Made by a program: the position numbers and the translations under genes. This document shows positions 44,730 to 55,635 of a DNA stretch of 64,000 bases, in pieces (positions within the stretch are counted from its first letter, which is position 1; each line of letters starts with the position of its first letter). The DNA lies in assembly GCA_022844165.1 (NCBI GenBank), contig JALHMH010000008.1, forward strand, positions 1 through 64,000. Direction: 5' to 3'. The stretch comes from Lysobacterales bacterium (GTDB lineage Bacteria; Pseudomonadota; Gammaproteobacteria; Xanthomonadales; SZUA-5). A model generated the notes under the pieces. The model saw nothing but the letters and a program-made list of their open reading frames with translations. It made no database searches and had not been told where the DNA came from.

Positions 44730-47654
44730 ATGACCAGGCAATTTGCTTGCGCTGCTTTTTTCTTTCTTGCCCACTCGATCTCTGGTGATGCTTCCGAGCG
44801 GCGGACTTTGCCAGCACCGTTGGCGCGAATTCCGATGGAGCTGGATTGGACGGCATACAAGGTATTCGACAGCAATTCCGGCCTGCCGCAGAACACGGTG
44901 CTGGCCATTGGCCAAGACGACTTCGGCTTCATCTTTGTTGGCACCGAGCGTGGATTGGCCCGATACGATGGGCGGGCGTTTGAGGCGGTGCCTTTGGGCG
45001 AAAGCTCAGAGCCGGTTCGCGCCATTTCGAATGCAGATCATGCGCTCTGGGTGGGTACCGATTCTGGTATCTGGCGTCTGGCTGAAGATATGGCGCGGCC
45101 TGTTCATATCGCGGTTCCTGGGGTGAATCGATTCCTCCCCAGCACCGATCTGATGTGGGTTGCAACGACCGTAGGGCTTTGGCGTTGCGCCTACGCCGAT
45201 GTCCGCAGCGATCGCCGTTGTGAACGGATCGAAGCGACAAGAGAACTGGGCATTCGAAGTCTGTTGGCCGACGGGGTCGATGCGCTGTGGCTGGGAACCA
45301 ACGGACAAGGACTTCGACGTCTCGTGGATCTTCGTGGTGTACCGAGGCTCGATGACTTCCATTTCGACCGCGACGATGGTGTGCCCAACAATATCGTCAT
45401 CTCCCTGGGGACGTGGCGAGGTGATTTGTGGATTGGCGCGGGGCGTGGTTTTGCGCGGTTACGCGATGATCGTCTTCGCGTCTGGTCTGCGGCCAGCGGT
45501 CTGGCGCCCGCAATGGCTTTTGATTTCGACGCGGGCGAAGATGGCATGTCTGTTGCGATGCGACCTGGCGGCATCGTACGCGTCGATGCAGCGGACAACT
45601 GGTATTCACAGCGGGGCGCGAATGGTCTGCCCGACGACAATGTGCAGGTGTTGTTTCGCGAGCGACACACGCGGAACTTGTGGATCGGCACTTACGGCGG
45701 CGGAATTGCCCGCGAAGAACGCGGGCGATTCGCTGTTCTTGACCAGCGCCGGGGTTTGCCCGATCGCGCGGTAGTTGGGCTCGGTTTGATCGAAGATCAG
45801 CTGTGGGTTGGCACGCCACGTGGCGCGGTCGTTTGGCAAGATGGCGCTTTTGTGCCGCTACTGCCAGATGCCTATGCCGATCTCCACGTCCGTGCGGCGT
45901 TGCGGACGGAAGGCGGCGAGCGCCTCATCGCGACCGACCGCGGTCTGCTGCTGCAACGCAGCGACGGTGAGGTGGTGGAGTACACCGTCGACAATTCTGA
46001 GTTGCCGGCCGTTGCGGCCAACGATCTTGCGCGAACAGGCGGAATCGTATGGGTCGCAACCAGTCATGGACTCGCGCGCTGGACCGCGACAGAGGGTCTG
46101 CGCGGAATGCGCGACGCCGACGGTTTGCCAGACGGTGCGGCCATTCAAGCGATGGCCAGCGATAGCGTCGAACGCCTGGTTGTTGCGACAGACAAAGGTG
46201 TCTGGCGATGGCAGGACGGGAGATTCGAGCCTGCCCGCGATGCTTGCGTTGGTCGGTTGGCGATCAACGATCTGAGCATCGACAGAGAGCGAATCTTGAT
46301 TGCGGCGCGCGAACGCCTTGTGGCATGGACGCCTGGCCGTGGGTGCAGCGATGTACCGAACTCGCCGAAGGGCGATGGCTGGACCCATATTCGCCATAAG
46401 CCAGGCGGTTTTGCAGCCAGCAATGCCCAAGGTCTTTGGCTGGTCGATGAGCGCGGTGCGCGGCTCTTTGGACTGGATGATGGCATGCCTTCGCGCGAGC
46501 TGGCTCGGGGCAACACGCTCGCCATCGACGCTTCGGCCCGCGTTTTCGTCGGCACGCATCTGGGCGTCGGCGCCTTGCGTGATGTGCAGATCGAACCGAA
46601 CCGACCGGCGCCATTGCGTCTTTGGGCCAGTCTTGCCGATGGTACGCCGATAGCTTCCGGTACAACGCTCTCTCGGTCTGAGGCCAGCGTGCATTTTCGC
46701 TACCGGCTGCTCAACTTCGATCGCGAACATCTGCATCGATACGCCAGGCAACTGTCCAGCATCGATTCGAGCATCGTGCGCGACGCGAGTGCTGCTGAAA
46801 GCGATTATGTCCGACTGCCAGCAGGTTCCTATCAATTTCGGGTGTGGGGCGCCGACGCCGATGGAACCGAATCTGGCCCGCTGACGTTTAGCTTCACGGT
46901 CGCAGCGCCATGGTGGCAACGCTGGCCCACCTTGGTCGCAGGTGCTGCGCTCCTGTTAGCCGGTGGTGTGCTGGTTGGGCGTCTCAGGACGCGAGCTTTG
47001 CAGCGCCGTGCAATCGAATTGCAGGAGCAAGTCCAACTGCGAACGTCCGAACTTGCCGAAGCGAATCAACGCCTCGCACAGGCGGCGCTGGCGGATCCGC
47101 TCACCGGTTTGCGCAATCGCAGATACTTGACCCAAATCCAGTCCGACGAAGAAGAGCGGGCCACGCGCCGGACACGCGCTGGCGATCGTCATGCAGACCT
47201 GGTGGTGGTTCTGCTGGACCTGGATCATTTCAAACACATCAACGACCAGTACGGGCACCCGGCAGGCGATGCGGTGCTTGTGGCCACCGCGCAGCGTCTG
47301 ACGGGTGTGGCACGCGCGGGTGACGCGGTGCTGCGTTGGGGCGGCGAGGAGTTTTTGTTGCTCATGCGCGATAGCGATCGCGGCGCGCTCGTAGAGATTG
47401 CCGGTCGTGTGCTCGCCGCGGTCCATGGCGATGTTGAGTTCGGTGGCCGTCGCATCGCAGTCACCGCCAGCGCAGGCGTTGTGGCCTTTCCGGTGTATCG
47501 TCGGCCGGATGCTGGTTTGAACGAAGCCATTGTGATTGCCGACGGCGCTCTGTACGCGGCCAAACGCAACGGCCGGGATGGTGCCGTTGCGATACACAAT
47601 GACGAACAGATTTGGATCAAACGCCCATGGATCGACAGCAGTTCATCGAGTTAG
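44730..47654 (+). CDS. Diguanylate cyclase with beta-propeller and Y_Y_Y sensor
   Basis: GLPQNTV, LWVGT repeats, LPAGSYQFRV, TM, DPLTGLRNRR, DLDHFKHIND, RWGGEEF. Confidence 0.92.
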   Translation: MTRQFACAAFFFLAHSISGDASERRTLPAPLARIPMELDWTAYKVFDSNSGLPQNTVLAIGQDDFGFIFVGTERGLARYDGRAFEAVPLGESSEPVRAISNADHALWVGTDSGIWRLAEDMARPVHIAVPGVNRFLPSTDLMWVATTVGLWRCAYADVRSDRRCERIEATRELGIRSLLADGVDALWLGTNGQGLRRLVDLRGVPRLDDFHFDRDDGVPNNIVISLGTWRGDLWIGAGRGFARLRDDRLRVWSAASGLAPAMAFDFDAGEDGMSVAMRPGGIVRVDAADNWYSQRGANGLPDDNVQVLFRERHTRNLWIGTYGGGIAREERGRFAVLDQRRGLPDRAVVGLGLIEDQLWVGTPRGAVVWQDGAFVPLLPDAYADLHVRAALRTEGGERLIATDRGLLLQRSDGEVVEYTVDNSELPAVAANDLARTGGIVWVATSHGLARWTATEGLRGMRDADGLPDGAAIQAMASDSVERLVVATDKGVWRWQDGRFEPARDACVGRLAINDLSIDRERILIAARERLVAWTPGRGCSDVPNSPKGDGWTHIRHKPGGFAASNAQGLWLVDERGARLFGLDDGMPSRELARGNTLAIDASARVFVGTHLGVGALRDVQIEPNRPAPLRLWASLADGTPIASGTTLSRSEASVHFRYRLLNFDREHLHRYARQLSSIDSSIVRDASAAESDYVRLPAGSYQFRVWGADADGTESGPLTFSFTVAAPWWQRWPTLVAGAALLLAGGVLVGRLRTRALQRRAIELQEQVQLRTSELAEANQRLAQAALADPLTGLRNRRYLTQIQSDEEERATRRTRAGDRHADLVVVLLDLDHFKHINDQYGHPAGDAVLVATAQRLTGVARAGDAVLRWGGEEFLLLMRDSDRGALVEIAGRVLAAVHGDVEFGGRRIAVTASAGVVAFPVYRRPDAGLNEAIVIADGALYAAKRNGRDGAVAIHNDEQIWIKRPWIDSSSSS

Positions 47655-48604
47655 CGCATTCGCAAGCTTGGTCGCCGCAAGAAATATCGCGCGCTGCAGA
47701 ATTGTTGGATCTTCGACCTGACATCGCCCAGTGGTGGCGGTTCGCTCTGTCGTTGTTGCGCGGTGTGGGCAGCGGTTTGCTCGCGGCGGGGATTGTCTGT
47801 TTTGTTGCCGCAAACTGGCAGGACTTCGGCATCTGGGGCAGATTCGCACTGCTGCAACTGGTTTTCGCCAGTGCAGCGCTTTTGGCCTGGTGGCGTCCGC
47901 CGCCGGATGTGTTTGGCGAAACCGGTTGCTTTCTAGCCGCTTTTTTGATCGGCTGCTTGTTCGCGCTTTTTGGGCAGCACTATCAGACGGGCGCCGATGT
48001 GCATGAGCTGTTCTTCTCCTGGGCACTGATTGCCTTGCCCTTTGCGTTCGCATCAAAAAGCGGTGCAACGGCGGCATTGATCGTGGTGGTACTGAACATT
48101 GGGCTGGCGCTCTGGGCCAGCGTTTTCGGCTTCGAACGGGTGGTCGCAAATCTGATCTGGGGATTCCAGCGGCCGCAGGTGGCACTCTCCGTGGCGGTAC
48201 TGGCAAATCTGGCGGCACTCGCGATGCTTTGGTTTCGAGGTCAACGCCAGCACTGGTTGCTTGCGCTTCCGCTCCTCGCGGGGACGGTTTTTTCCTGCGT
48301 GGCCTGTGCGTTGACGGCGTGGGAAGGAAGCATCACGGCATGGTTGATGTTTGCATTGGGATTTGTTGCCTTGTTGACGGCAGCGCGCGCGCTCTCACGG
48401 CACTTGCGCAACGTCCTGCCCGAGACGATCGCTGCCGCGGGTCTGATCGCCGTCACAACGATTCTGTGGGTGCGGATTCTGTACGATGCGATTGATGACG
48501 CGATCTTGCCGAGCTTGTTCATAGCGATCTGGATCGGCGGTTTCGCCGCGTTTCTCGGTTCCAAATTGCTTGCCCGCCATCGAAGCTACGGAGCGGCCCG
48601 ATGA
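47627..48604 (+). CDS. DUF2157 membrane protein
   Basis: GIVCFVAANW, LFGQHYQTGAD. Confidence 0.85.
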   Translation: MDRQQFIELAHSQAWSPQEISRAAELLDLRPDIAQWWRFALSLLRGVGSGLLAAGIVCFVAANWQDFGIWGRFALLQLVFASAALLAWWRPPPDVFGETGCFLAAFLIGCLFALFGQHYQTGADVHELFFSWALIALPFAFASKSGATAALIVVVLNIGLALWASVFGFERVVANLIWGFQRPQVALSVAVLANLAALAMLWFRGQRQHWLLALPLLAGTVFSCVACALTAWEGSITAWLMFALGFVALLTAARALSRHLRNVLPETIAAAGLIAVTTILWVRILYDAIDDAILPSLFIAIWIGGFAAFLGSKLLARHRSYGAAR

Positions 48605-49542
48605 ACTTGCGCGACATTGATGTCGTGCGGCTCACTGAAGCGGGCCTGCTGACGCGCGACTTGCCTCAGAGTCGAACATCGCCGTGGATGCTGAAGTTGC
48701 TGCTAGGTGGTGCGGCTTGGTTCGCGGCGATTTTTGTCATCGCCTTCGTCGCGTTGTTGTTCGAGCCGGATACGCCCATCGAAGCCGGCATTCTCGGCAT
48801 CGTGTTACTCGGCGGCGCTTTTGCGTTGTTCCTCGGATCGAAATCGCTATTCGTGGAACAGGTTGCGCTCGCGGCGTCGATGGCTGGCCAGGGTTTTTTG
48901 TTGTTCGCTGCTTATGAGGCGATCAAGTTCGACACGATTCGATCCGCGACCTTTGTCGCATGCGCGATTCAGATCGGCGTATTCCTGCTGTTGCCCAATC
49001 ACCTGAGCCGACTGCTCAGCGCCTTTTTTGCAGCGCTCGCCTGGTCGCTCGCGTGGCGCAGCAACTGGATTGATGGATACGGACCTGGACCTGGCGGGTT
49101 CATCGGCATTCTCGACTGGCTTTATGGCGTCCTGCCGTTGATGGCGTTGGTCGCCGCGCTGTTGTTCAACGAACGTCGCTGGCTTGCGACGTCCCTGCAG
49201 AGCTGGTTGCTGCCAGCCACAATCAGCCTGATCGCTGCACTCTGTGTGGCACCGATCGTGATGTTGCCCTTCGAGCGTAGCAGCCTGTTCGGCGGTGGCA
49301 GCATTGGCTTGGCGCTGTGGCCCTTGTTATCGCTGGCCACCGCGTTATGCGCACTTGCGGCGGCGCGGTATCTCGCCCATCCGGCGCTGATGGCGTTGGC
49401 CATCGTCAGCGCCATCTTCAGCGTCATCGCGTTCTACTATGAACTCAGTATTCCACTACTCGCGAAGTCGCTGCTGATGCTGGCACTCGCCGCGATCGCC
49501 TTCGCGACACACGGCGTATTGCGCAAGAAGGGGGTCGCATGA
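48601..49542 (+). CDS. DUF4401 membrane protein
   Basis: SPW..LLGGAAWFAA, FYYELSIPLLAKS; sits between DUF2157 and GDYXXLXY. Confidence 0.8.
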   Translation: MNLRDIDVVRLTEAGLLTRDLPQSRTSPWMLKLLLGGAAWFAAIFVIAFVALLFEPDTPIEAGILGIVLLGGAFALFLGSKSLFVEQVALAASMAGQGFLLFAAYEAIKFDTIRSATFVACAIQIGVFLLLPNHLSRLLSAFFAALAWSLAWRSNWIDGYGPGPGGFIGILDWLYGVLPLMALVAALLFNERRWLATSLQSWLLPATISLIAALCVAPIVMLPFERSSLFGGGSIGLALWPLLSLATALCALAAARYLAHPALMALAIVSAIFSVIAFYYELSIPLLAKSLLMLALAAIAFATHGVLRKKGVA

Positions 49543-50015
49543 ATGCTCGATTCTGGATATCGATCGGCGCTGCCGTCGGCCTGTTTGCCATCAACTTCGC
49601 CATCGCTGGTAAGGAACGCATTGTGCGTTCCGGGATGCCGGTTTATCTGGCGCTTGCGCCGGTCGACCCGCGGTCGTTGATGCAGGGCGACTATATGGCG
49701 CTGCGCTTTGCCATCGCCGACCAGATCGCCGCCGAGATCGCCAATCACGGTGGCGATCGCCGCGAAGGCAAGTTTTACACGGTAGGCGTTGATGTCGACC
49801 AGCAGGGCGTGGCAACCCTGTCCGCGACCGCCACGCAACGACTCCGATATCGCTGGCGCAATGGCCAGCCATGGATCGGCACGAATGCGTTCTTCTTTGA
49901 AGAAGGCAGCGCCGGGAAGTTCGAAGGCGCCCAATTCGGCGAATTTCGCCTCGATCCAGAAACTGGCGAAGCAGTTCTAATCCGGCTTGTGGACGTGCCG
50001 AACAGCGAGCGATGA
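49539..50015 (+). CDS. GDYXXLXY-domain protein
   Basis: LAPVDPRSLMQGDYMALRF, FFFEEG. Confidence 0.9.
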   Translation: MNARFWISIGAAVGLFAINFAIAGKERIVRSGMPVYLALAPVDPRSLMQGDYMALRFAIADQIAAEIANHGGDRREGKFYTVGVDVDQQGVATLSATATQRLRYRWRNGQPWIGTNAFFFEEGSAGKFEGAQFGEFRLDPETGEAVLIRLVDVPNSER

Positions 50016-50909
50016 ATCGAGGACTCCGCCTGAGCGCGCCTTGCCGACCTTGCTGGCATTGGCCCGGCCCAGTCGTTCGCTGATCCACTGCCCGGTCGCA
50101 ACAAGTCGATCAAAGTCGATACCGTGTTCGATACCCAGTCCGTCCAATAGATACACCACGTCTTCGGTTGCGACGTTGCCGCTGGCGCCCTTCGCGTAAG
50201 GGCAACCGCCCAAACCGCCGACGGCGGCGTCGATCACACGAACGCCGGCGTCCAGGCAACGCAGAATATTCGCCACCGCCATTCCATAGGTGTCGTGAAA
50301 GTGCACCGCGAGCGCGCCCATCGGAATCTCGCTGGCAACGGCCATCAACATCTGCCGGGCTTTTTCCGGGGTGCCGACGCCGATCGTATCGCCCAGCGAA
50401 ATTTCGTAAGCGCCCATGGCGTACAGTGCGCGGGCAACGCGGACGACTTCGCTGTTCGGGACCTGGCCTTGGTAAGGACATCCAAGGACGGTGGACACGT
50501 ATCCACGCACACGCACATCGTCGGCTCGCGCCGCTTCCAGGATCGGGGCAAAGCGCGCCAGCGACTCATCGATGCCGGCATTCGTGTTTTTGCGATTGAA
50601 GGCCTCGCTGGCCGCAGTGAAGACAGCCACTTCTTTTGCGCCGGCTGCCCGGGCGCGCTCGTAACCCTTGAAATTCGGCACCAGAACCGGCAACGCCACA
50701 CCCGCTGGCGCAGTCAGCGCCGACATCACATCGGCGGCGTCCGCCAATTGCGGTACCCACTGTGGGCTCACGAAACTGGTTGCTTCGACGGTTCGATGTC
50801 CGCAGTCGATCAGCCGCCGGATCAGTTCGATTTTGTCGTTCGTTGCGACGTTCCTGGCCTCATTCTGCAATCCATCACGAGGGCCGACTTCGACAATGCG
50901 TATTTTCAT
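49977..50909 (-). CDS. hmgL: Hydroxymethylglutaryl-CoA lyase
   Basis: VEVGPRDGLQNE, HFHDTYG, GLGGCPYAKGASGNVATED. Confidence 0.95.
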   Translation of the reverse strand: MKIRIVEVGPRDGLQNEARNVATNDKIELIRRLIDCGHRTVEATSFVSPQWVPQLADAADVMSALTAPAGVALPVLVPNFKGYERARAAGAKEVAVFTAASEAFNRKNTNAGIDESLARFAPILEAARADDVRVRGYVSTVLGCPYQGQVPNSEVVRVARALYAMGAYEISLGDTIGVGTPEKARQMLMAVASEIPMGALAVHFHDTYGMAVANILRCLDAGVRVIDAAVGGLGGCPYAKGASGNVATEDVVYLLDGLGIEHGIDFDRLVATGQWISERLGRANASKVGKARSGGVLDSSLAVRHVHKPD

Positions 50910-51025
50910 GGGATGGTAGTCGACAGGGTGGTAAGTGATCGGCTGTCACGCGTTCCGGGCCGCGTATGTGGTCGCCTCTGAGCCATTCGTCCGCGACGAG
51001 CAACGACAAACTACACCCAGGTGGA

Positions 51026-52042
51026 CTACCGCGGCGAGTGTTTGATCGCGCGCCACAGCAACTTGAGTCCAGTCATCCAGCGTCTCAGGTAGGCGAGCGG
51101 AAGGGAACCGCGATTCGTCAATCGGTAACGTGCGCGCATGTATGCGGCGCTCGGAACCAATCGACGCCACAAGTTAGGCGTCTGCGATTCCAGGTACACG
51201 CGATCGCCGGCCCGGTCCGGGCGAAAAGGTTCTTCGGCAGCTGCGGCCTTGAGCAAAGCTAAAGTTGCCATCGGCCAGGAATACTGAAAATACTCGGTGC
51301 AAGCACGCATTGCGTCGACGCACGGTGCCGCCAACGCCAGATCGCTGGCACGGGCGACCAGTGTTGACCATTCTTCTTCGTCGAAACGCTGCGACAGAAC
51401 AACGAAGTCGTAAAGCCAGATGAGGCGGTCGGCCGCTCCGATCTGGGCATTCGCCATGCGGTGGATGGCAGCATGCAAAAAAGCGTCGACCGGACTGAGC
51501 GCATCCATCGGTGGTTCGCCGACGCGGTGGCAACGCGAATGAAGATCGGCAAAGGTCAGGCGTTTGCCGAGAATGGGATGTGTGCTGAGGCGCCAATGCA
51601 GGTCAATCTGCAATTCGGGCCGGACCATCGTGAATTGAACACCATCCGGCAACCAGGAATCTGGGTCGATCGAGTATCCAAGCAGCGATAGTGCATCAGC
51701 CGCTTGACGCGCATCGGCCTCAGAAGCAAACAGCAAATCCAGATCTTCGCGCGCGCGCAGATGCGGCATCCGATAACAACTATTCGCTAATGCCTCGCCC
51801 TTCAGTACCAGGAATGGAACGGCGATGGCGGCCAACACCGCCCGTACGGCAGGCTCTCTGGCCATCTGCCAGGCGATCGCGCCCCGCTGCGCGCGGACGA
51901 TGGCATCGGGCGCCGACGGGCCAAGCGCCTCGAACAAGAGCGCAGTGACACCTTCGCGTTTGCACAGACCAGCAAGGTCCGCCGGCGGCGGTTCGAGTAT
52001 CCGGCCGAATAATGCCGCGCCCAACCAGGCGCGCTCATCCAC
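51026..52042 (-). CDS. Nucleotidyltransferase family protein (NTP_transf_5-like)
   Basis: LVLKGEALA..Y....R...DLDLL, IDLHWRL, WLYD. Confidence 0.8.
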   Translation of the reverse strand: MDERAWLGAALFGRILEPPPADLAGLCKREGVTALLFEALGPSAPDAIVRAQRGAIAWQMAREPAVRAVLAAIAVPFLVLKGEALANSCYRMPHLRAREDLDLLFASEADARQAADALSLLGYSIDPDSWLPDGVQFTMVRPELQIDLHWRLSTHPILGKRLTFADLHSRCHRVGEPPMDALSPVDAFLHAAIHRMANAQIGAADRLIWLYDFVVLSQRFDEEEWSTLVARASDLALAAPCVDAMRACTEYFQYSWPMATLALLKAAAAEEPFRPDRAGDRVYLESQTPNLWRRLVPSAAYMRARYRLTNRGSLPLAYLRRWMTGLKLLWRAIKHSPR

Positions 52043-53426
52043 CCCCGCGCGCTCCCGTCACAATGCCGCCCGCCGTCAGCGTCAATGGATCGAGCAAATC
52101 GCGTAAATCGTGATCGGACAACGCTGTCATCTCGCGAGCCACATCCATAATGGGTCGTCCGCTGGCGTAGGCTGCCTTGGCGATTTTGGCGCCAAGTTCG
52201 TAACCGATGACAGGATTCAGTGCCGTCACCAGAATCGGATTTCGCGCCAGTGCGTCTTGCAATCGGTCGTGGCGAACGCGCAAGCCAGCAATGCTCTGCG
52301 CCAGTGCCGGCAGCGCTCGCGCCGGCAGCTCGATGCTTTCGATCAGATTACGAGCAATCAGTGGCAGCATCAAGTTGAGTTGAAAGTTGCCGGACTGCCC
52401 AGCGATCGTGATCGCAGCATCATTGCCAATCATCTGCGCCGCAACCATGGTTACCGCTTCTGCGATGACCGGATTGACCTTGCCAGGCATGATCGAGGAG
52501 CCGGGTTGCAGCGCCGGCAATTCGATTTCGCCTAAACCGGTGAGCGGGCCGGAGTTCATCCAGCGCAGGTCGTTGGCGATTTTCATCATCGTACAGGCCA
52601 GCGTTTTCAACTGGCCCGACAACTCGACACATTCGTCTTTGGCAGCGATAGCAACGAACAAGTTGGCTGCGGGACCGAATTCAATCCCAGTCATAGCACT
52701 TAGTTGATGACAAACGGTCGCGGAAAACCTCGGGTCGGCATTGATTCCGGTGCCAATCGCAGTGCCACCGAGCGGCAAGGCCTGCACTCGCGCCAGGCTG
52801 TCAATCAGGCGCTGCTGCGCGGCTTGCAGTTGCGCCTCCCAAGCGCCGAATTCCTGGCCCAGGGTCATTGGCATTGCGTCCATCAGATGCGTACGCCCGG
52901 TCTTGACCACACCGGCAAACTCCCGGGCGCGCGTCGCGATCGTATGGCGCAATTGGCCGAGCGCTGGCAACAGCTGCTCGCGAACGGCGAGTGCAGCCGC
53001 GACCTGGATGGCGCTGGGGATGACGTCGTTAGAAGACTGCCCAAGATTGACCTCATCATTGGGATGGACCGCGACCCCGGCGCGAGTCGCCAACGTTGCA
53101 ATGACTTCGTTGGCGTTCATGTTGCTGGAGGTGCCAGAGCCAGTTTGGAACACGTCGACGGGAAATGCCTCGGCGAAATCGCCGTGCGCGATCGCCAACG
53201 CCGCCTTCTCGATTGCCGCCGCTTTCTCGGCAGGCAGCCCGCCTAGCTCGCTATTGGCGCGCGCTGCGGCAGCTTTGATCAGGGCCAGCGCGCGAACAAA
53301 CAAACGTGGCATCGGTTGTCCGCCGATCCGAAAGTTGTCGATCGCGCGTTGCGTTTGCGCGCCCCAGAGTGCGTCCGCCGGTACCTTAAGTTCGCCCATG
53401 CTGTCCTGTTCGATGCGAGTGTTCAT
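52035..53426 (-). CDS. fumC: Class II fumarate hydratase
   Basis: WGAQTQRA, FQTGSGTSSNMNANEV, GRTHLMDA, GSSIMPGKVNP. Confidence 0.95.
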   Translation of the reverse strand: MNTRIEQDSMGELKVPADALWGAQTQRAIDNFRIGGQPMPRLFVRALALIKAAAARANSELGGLPAEKAAAIEKAALAIAHGDFAEAFPVDVFQTGSGTSSNMNANEVIATLATRAGVAVHPNDEVNLGQSSNDVIPSAIQVAAALAVREQLLPALGQLRHTIATRAREFAGVVKTGRTHLMDAMPMTLGQEFGAWEAQLQAAQQRLIDSLARVQALPLGGTAIGTGINADPRFSATVCHQLSAMTGIEFGPAANLFVAIAAKDECVELSGQLKTLACTMMKIANDLRWMNSGPLTGLGEIELPALQPGSSIMPGKVNPVIAEAVTMVAAQMIGNDAAITIAGQSGNFQLNLMLPLIARNLIESIELPARALPALAQSIAGLRVRHDRLQDALARNPILVTALNPVIGYELGAKIAKAAYASGRPIMDVAREMTALSDHDLRDLLDPLTLTAGGIVTGARGGG

Positions 53427-53605
53427 GCGGCAGCGGCCCGGCGAGTGACTGGCGATTCTATCGCTCCTGGTCAGTGGACAGCGGCGGAACGTCCAGCCCG
53501 TCATTTTCTCGCAACCTGTTGCGCATCGGAGCGTCACACAGCCCGCCTAGCGTTCGCCGCTTGTGCGGCAGTCAGCCGTCTCGAGCCAACGCCAGAGGAA
53601 ATCAG

Positions 53606-55561
53606 ATGAGCACGTTTCACGATGATGGAATGAGCAACCACTCCAACAACATGAGCTTTCACGACGTGTTGGAACTCAATCAGAAGCGCCGCGAACTGTT
53701 GAAAGGCGGTGTCGCTGCGGCGACCGCAACCGTGGTCGGCGTTCCGTTGTTGACGGCCCGCTCGAACGTGGAAGCGCAGACCTTTACATCGACACCAGGC
53801 ATCGGCTTTAAGCCCGTGCCGGCCACCGATGCCGACACACTCGTGGTTCCTGAAGGTTACCGCGCCGACGTGCTGATCGCCTGGGGCGACCCGATCTCCG
53901 ACAACTTGAAGTTCTTCCGCTACGACGCGACCAACAGTGCCGAAGATCAAGAGCAGCAGTGGGGCATGCACAACGATGGCATGCACTTTTTCCCGTTCGA
54001 GGAGCGCGCGCTACTTGGGCGACCGGTACCATCGAGCCGCCGCGGCCTTTTGGTGAGTAATCACGAATACACCGACGACGGCATCTTGCACGAAGACGGT
54101 CAGCGCACCTGGACACCCGCGAAAGTCCGAAAATCGCAGGCGGCGCATGGCGTGGGCATTGTCGAGTTGTTGTACGACGGCAGCACGTGGCGTGTTGTTC
54201 GTCCCAGCGTCTATGCACGGCGCATCACAGGCTACACGCCGATGGCAGTCAGCGGTCCGGCTAAAGGGCATCGTCTGTTGCGTACTGCCGCGGACCCAGC
54301 GGGTGAGCGCATCCTGGGCACCATCAATAACTGTGCGCACGGCTACACGCCCTGGGGCACGTATTTGACGTGCGAGGAAAACTTCAACGGTTATTTCGCA
54401 AACGGTGCGACGATTCCCGCCGATCAGCGACGCTACGGCATCAGCGCCACCGGGTTCGGTTATCGCTGGCACGAACACGACGAGCGCTTTAACGCGGCCC
54501 TGCACCCGAATGAACCGAATCGATTCGGCTGGGTCGTTGAAATCGATCCTTTCGATCCGACCTCGACGCCGATCAAGCGCACCGCGCTCGGCCGCATCAA
54601 GCATGAAGGCGCGTGGGTTACCTTGTCGCCGGACAATCGCGTCGTCGTTTACATGGGCGACGACGAGCGCTTCGAGTACATTTACAAGTATGTCTCGCGA
54701 GGCTTCTTCAAGCCCGGCGATCGCAATAACAACCGCTCGTTGCTTGACGACGGTACCCTGTACGTGGCGCGATTTGACGAGAACCTGTCGGGCGAGTGGA
54801 TCCCGCTGGTTTGGGGTCAGAATGGCCTGACGCCGGAAAACGGGTTCGCCGATCAAGGCGAAGTGCTGGTCAAGACGCGGCAAGCGGCCGATGTGGTCGG
54901 CGCGACGAAGATGGATCGGCCAGAGTGGATTGCTGTTAACCCACAAACCAAAGACGTGTATTGCACCTTGACCAACAACGATCGCCGCGGCAACACCGGT
55001 CAACCTGCGGTGGATGCGGCTAACCCGCGCGGACAGAACGTCTTTGGCCATATCATTCGATGGGCAGAAGACGGTCAAAATGCGACCGCCCGCCGATTCC
55101 GCTGGCAGCTGTTTGTGCAATGCGGCGACCCGGCACTTGGCAATCCGGCGCGCGCAGGCAATATCAATGGCGATAAGTTCGGGAGCCCGGATGGACTTTG
55201 GTTCGATGACCGCGGCATTCTCTGGGTACAAACCGATATTTCCACGTCCATCGTCTCGCGCCCGGGCAACGAGCGCGGTGACTACCGAAATATCGGCAAC
55301 AATCAGATGCTCGCGTACGATCCGATCAGCGGTGAGTTCCGGCGCTTTATGACCGGACCGCGCGGCTGCGAAATCACCGGCGTGATTTCGACGCCGGACC
55401 TGCGCACGATGTTCGTCAACATCCAGCATCCGGGCGAGCCGGCCAGCGAACGCCTGACGCCCGAGAACCCGACCGCCATTTCGAGTTGGCCTTTCGGCGG
55501 ACGGCCGCGATCGGCAACCGTTGTTATCCGCAAGTTAGATGGTGGAATCATCGGTACCTGA
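53606..55561 (+). CDS. phoX: PhoX-family (DUF839) alkaline phosphatase, Tat-exported
   Basis: RRELLKG Tat motif, NHEY, TPWGTYLTCEEN, LGRIKHE, MDRPEW, NIQHPG. Confidence 0.92.
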   Translation: MSTFHDDGMSNHSNNMSFHDVLELNQKRRELLKGGVAAATATVVGVPLLTARSNVEAQTFTSTPGIGFKPVPATDADTLVVPEGYRADVLIAWGDPISDNLKFFRYDATNSAEDQEQQWGMHNDGMHFFPFEERALLGRPVPSSRRGLLVSNHEYTDDGILHEDGQRTWTPAKVRKSQAAHGVGIVELLYDGSTWRVVRPSVYARRITGYTPMAVSGPAKGHRLLRTAADPAGERILGTINNCAHGYTPWGTYLTCEENFNGYFANGATIPADQRRYGISATGFGYRWHEHDERFNAALHPNEPNRFGWVVEIDPFDPTSTPIKRTALGRIKHEGAWVTLSPDNRVVVYMGDDERFEYIYKYVSRGFFKPGDRNNNRSLLDDGTLYVARFDENLSGEWIPLVWGQNGLTPENGFADQGEVLVKTRQAADVVGATKMDRPEWIAVNPQTKDVYCTLTNNDRRGNTGQPAVDAANPRGQNVFGHIIRWAEDGQNATARRFRWQLFVQCGDPALGNPARAGNINGDKFGSPDGLWFDDRGILWVQTDISTSIVSRPGNERGDYRNIGNNQMLAYDPISGEFRRFMTGPRGCEITGVISTPDLRTMFVNIQHPGEPASERLTPENPTAISSWPFGGRPRSATVVIRKLDGGIIGT

Positions 55562-55570
55562 GAACCCACG

Positions 55571-55595
55571 GCGGGCTGCCGGATCGACAGCCCGC
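55571..55595. terminator. Hairpin between convergent genes
   Basis: GCGGGCTG...CAGCCCGC. Confidence 0.4.
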
Positions 55596-55635
55596 TATCG
55601 AATGGCGCTGACGCGACTTGCGCAGCGCCCGTTCT

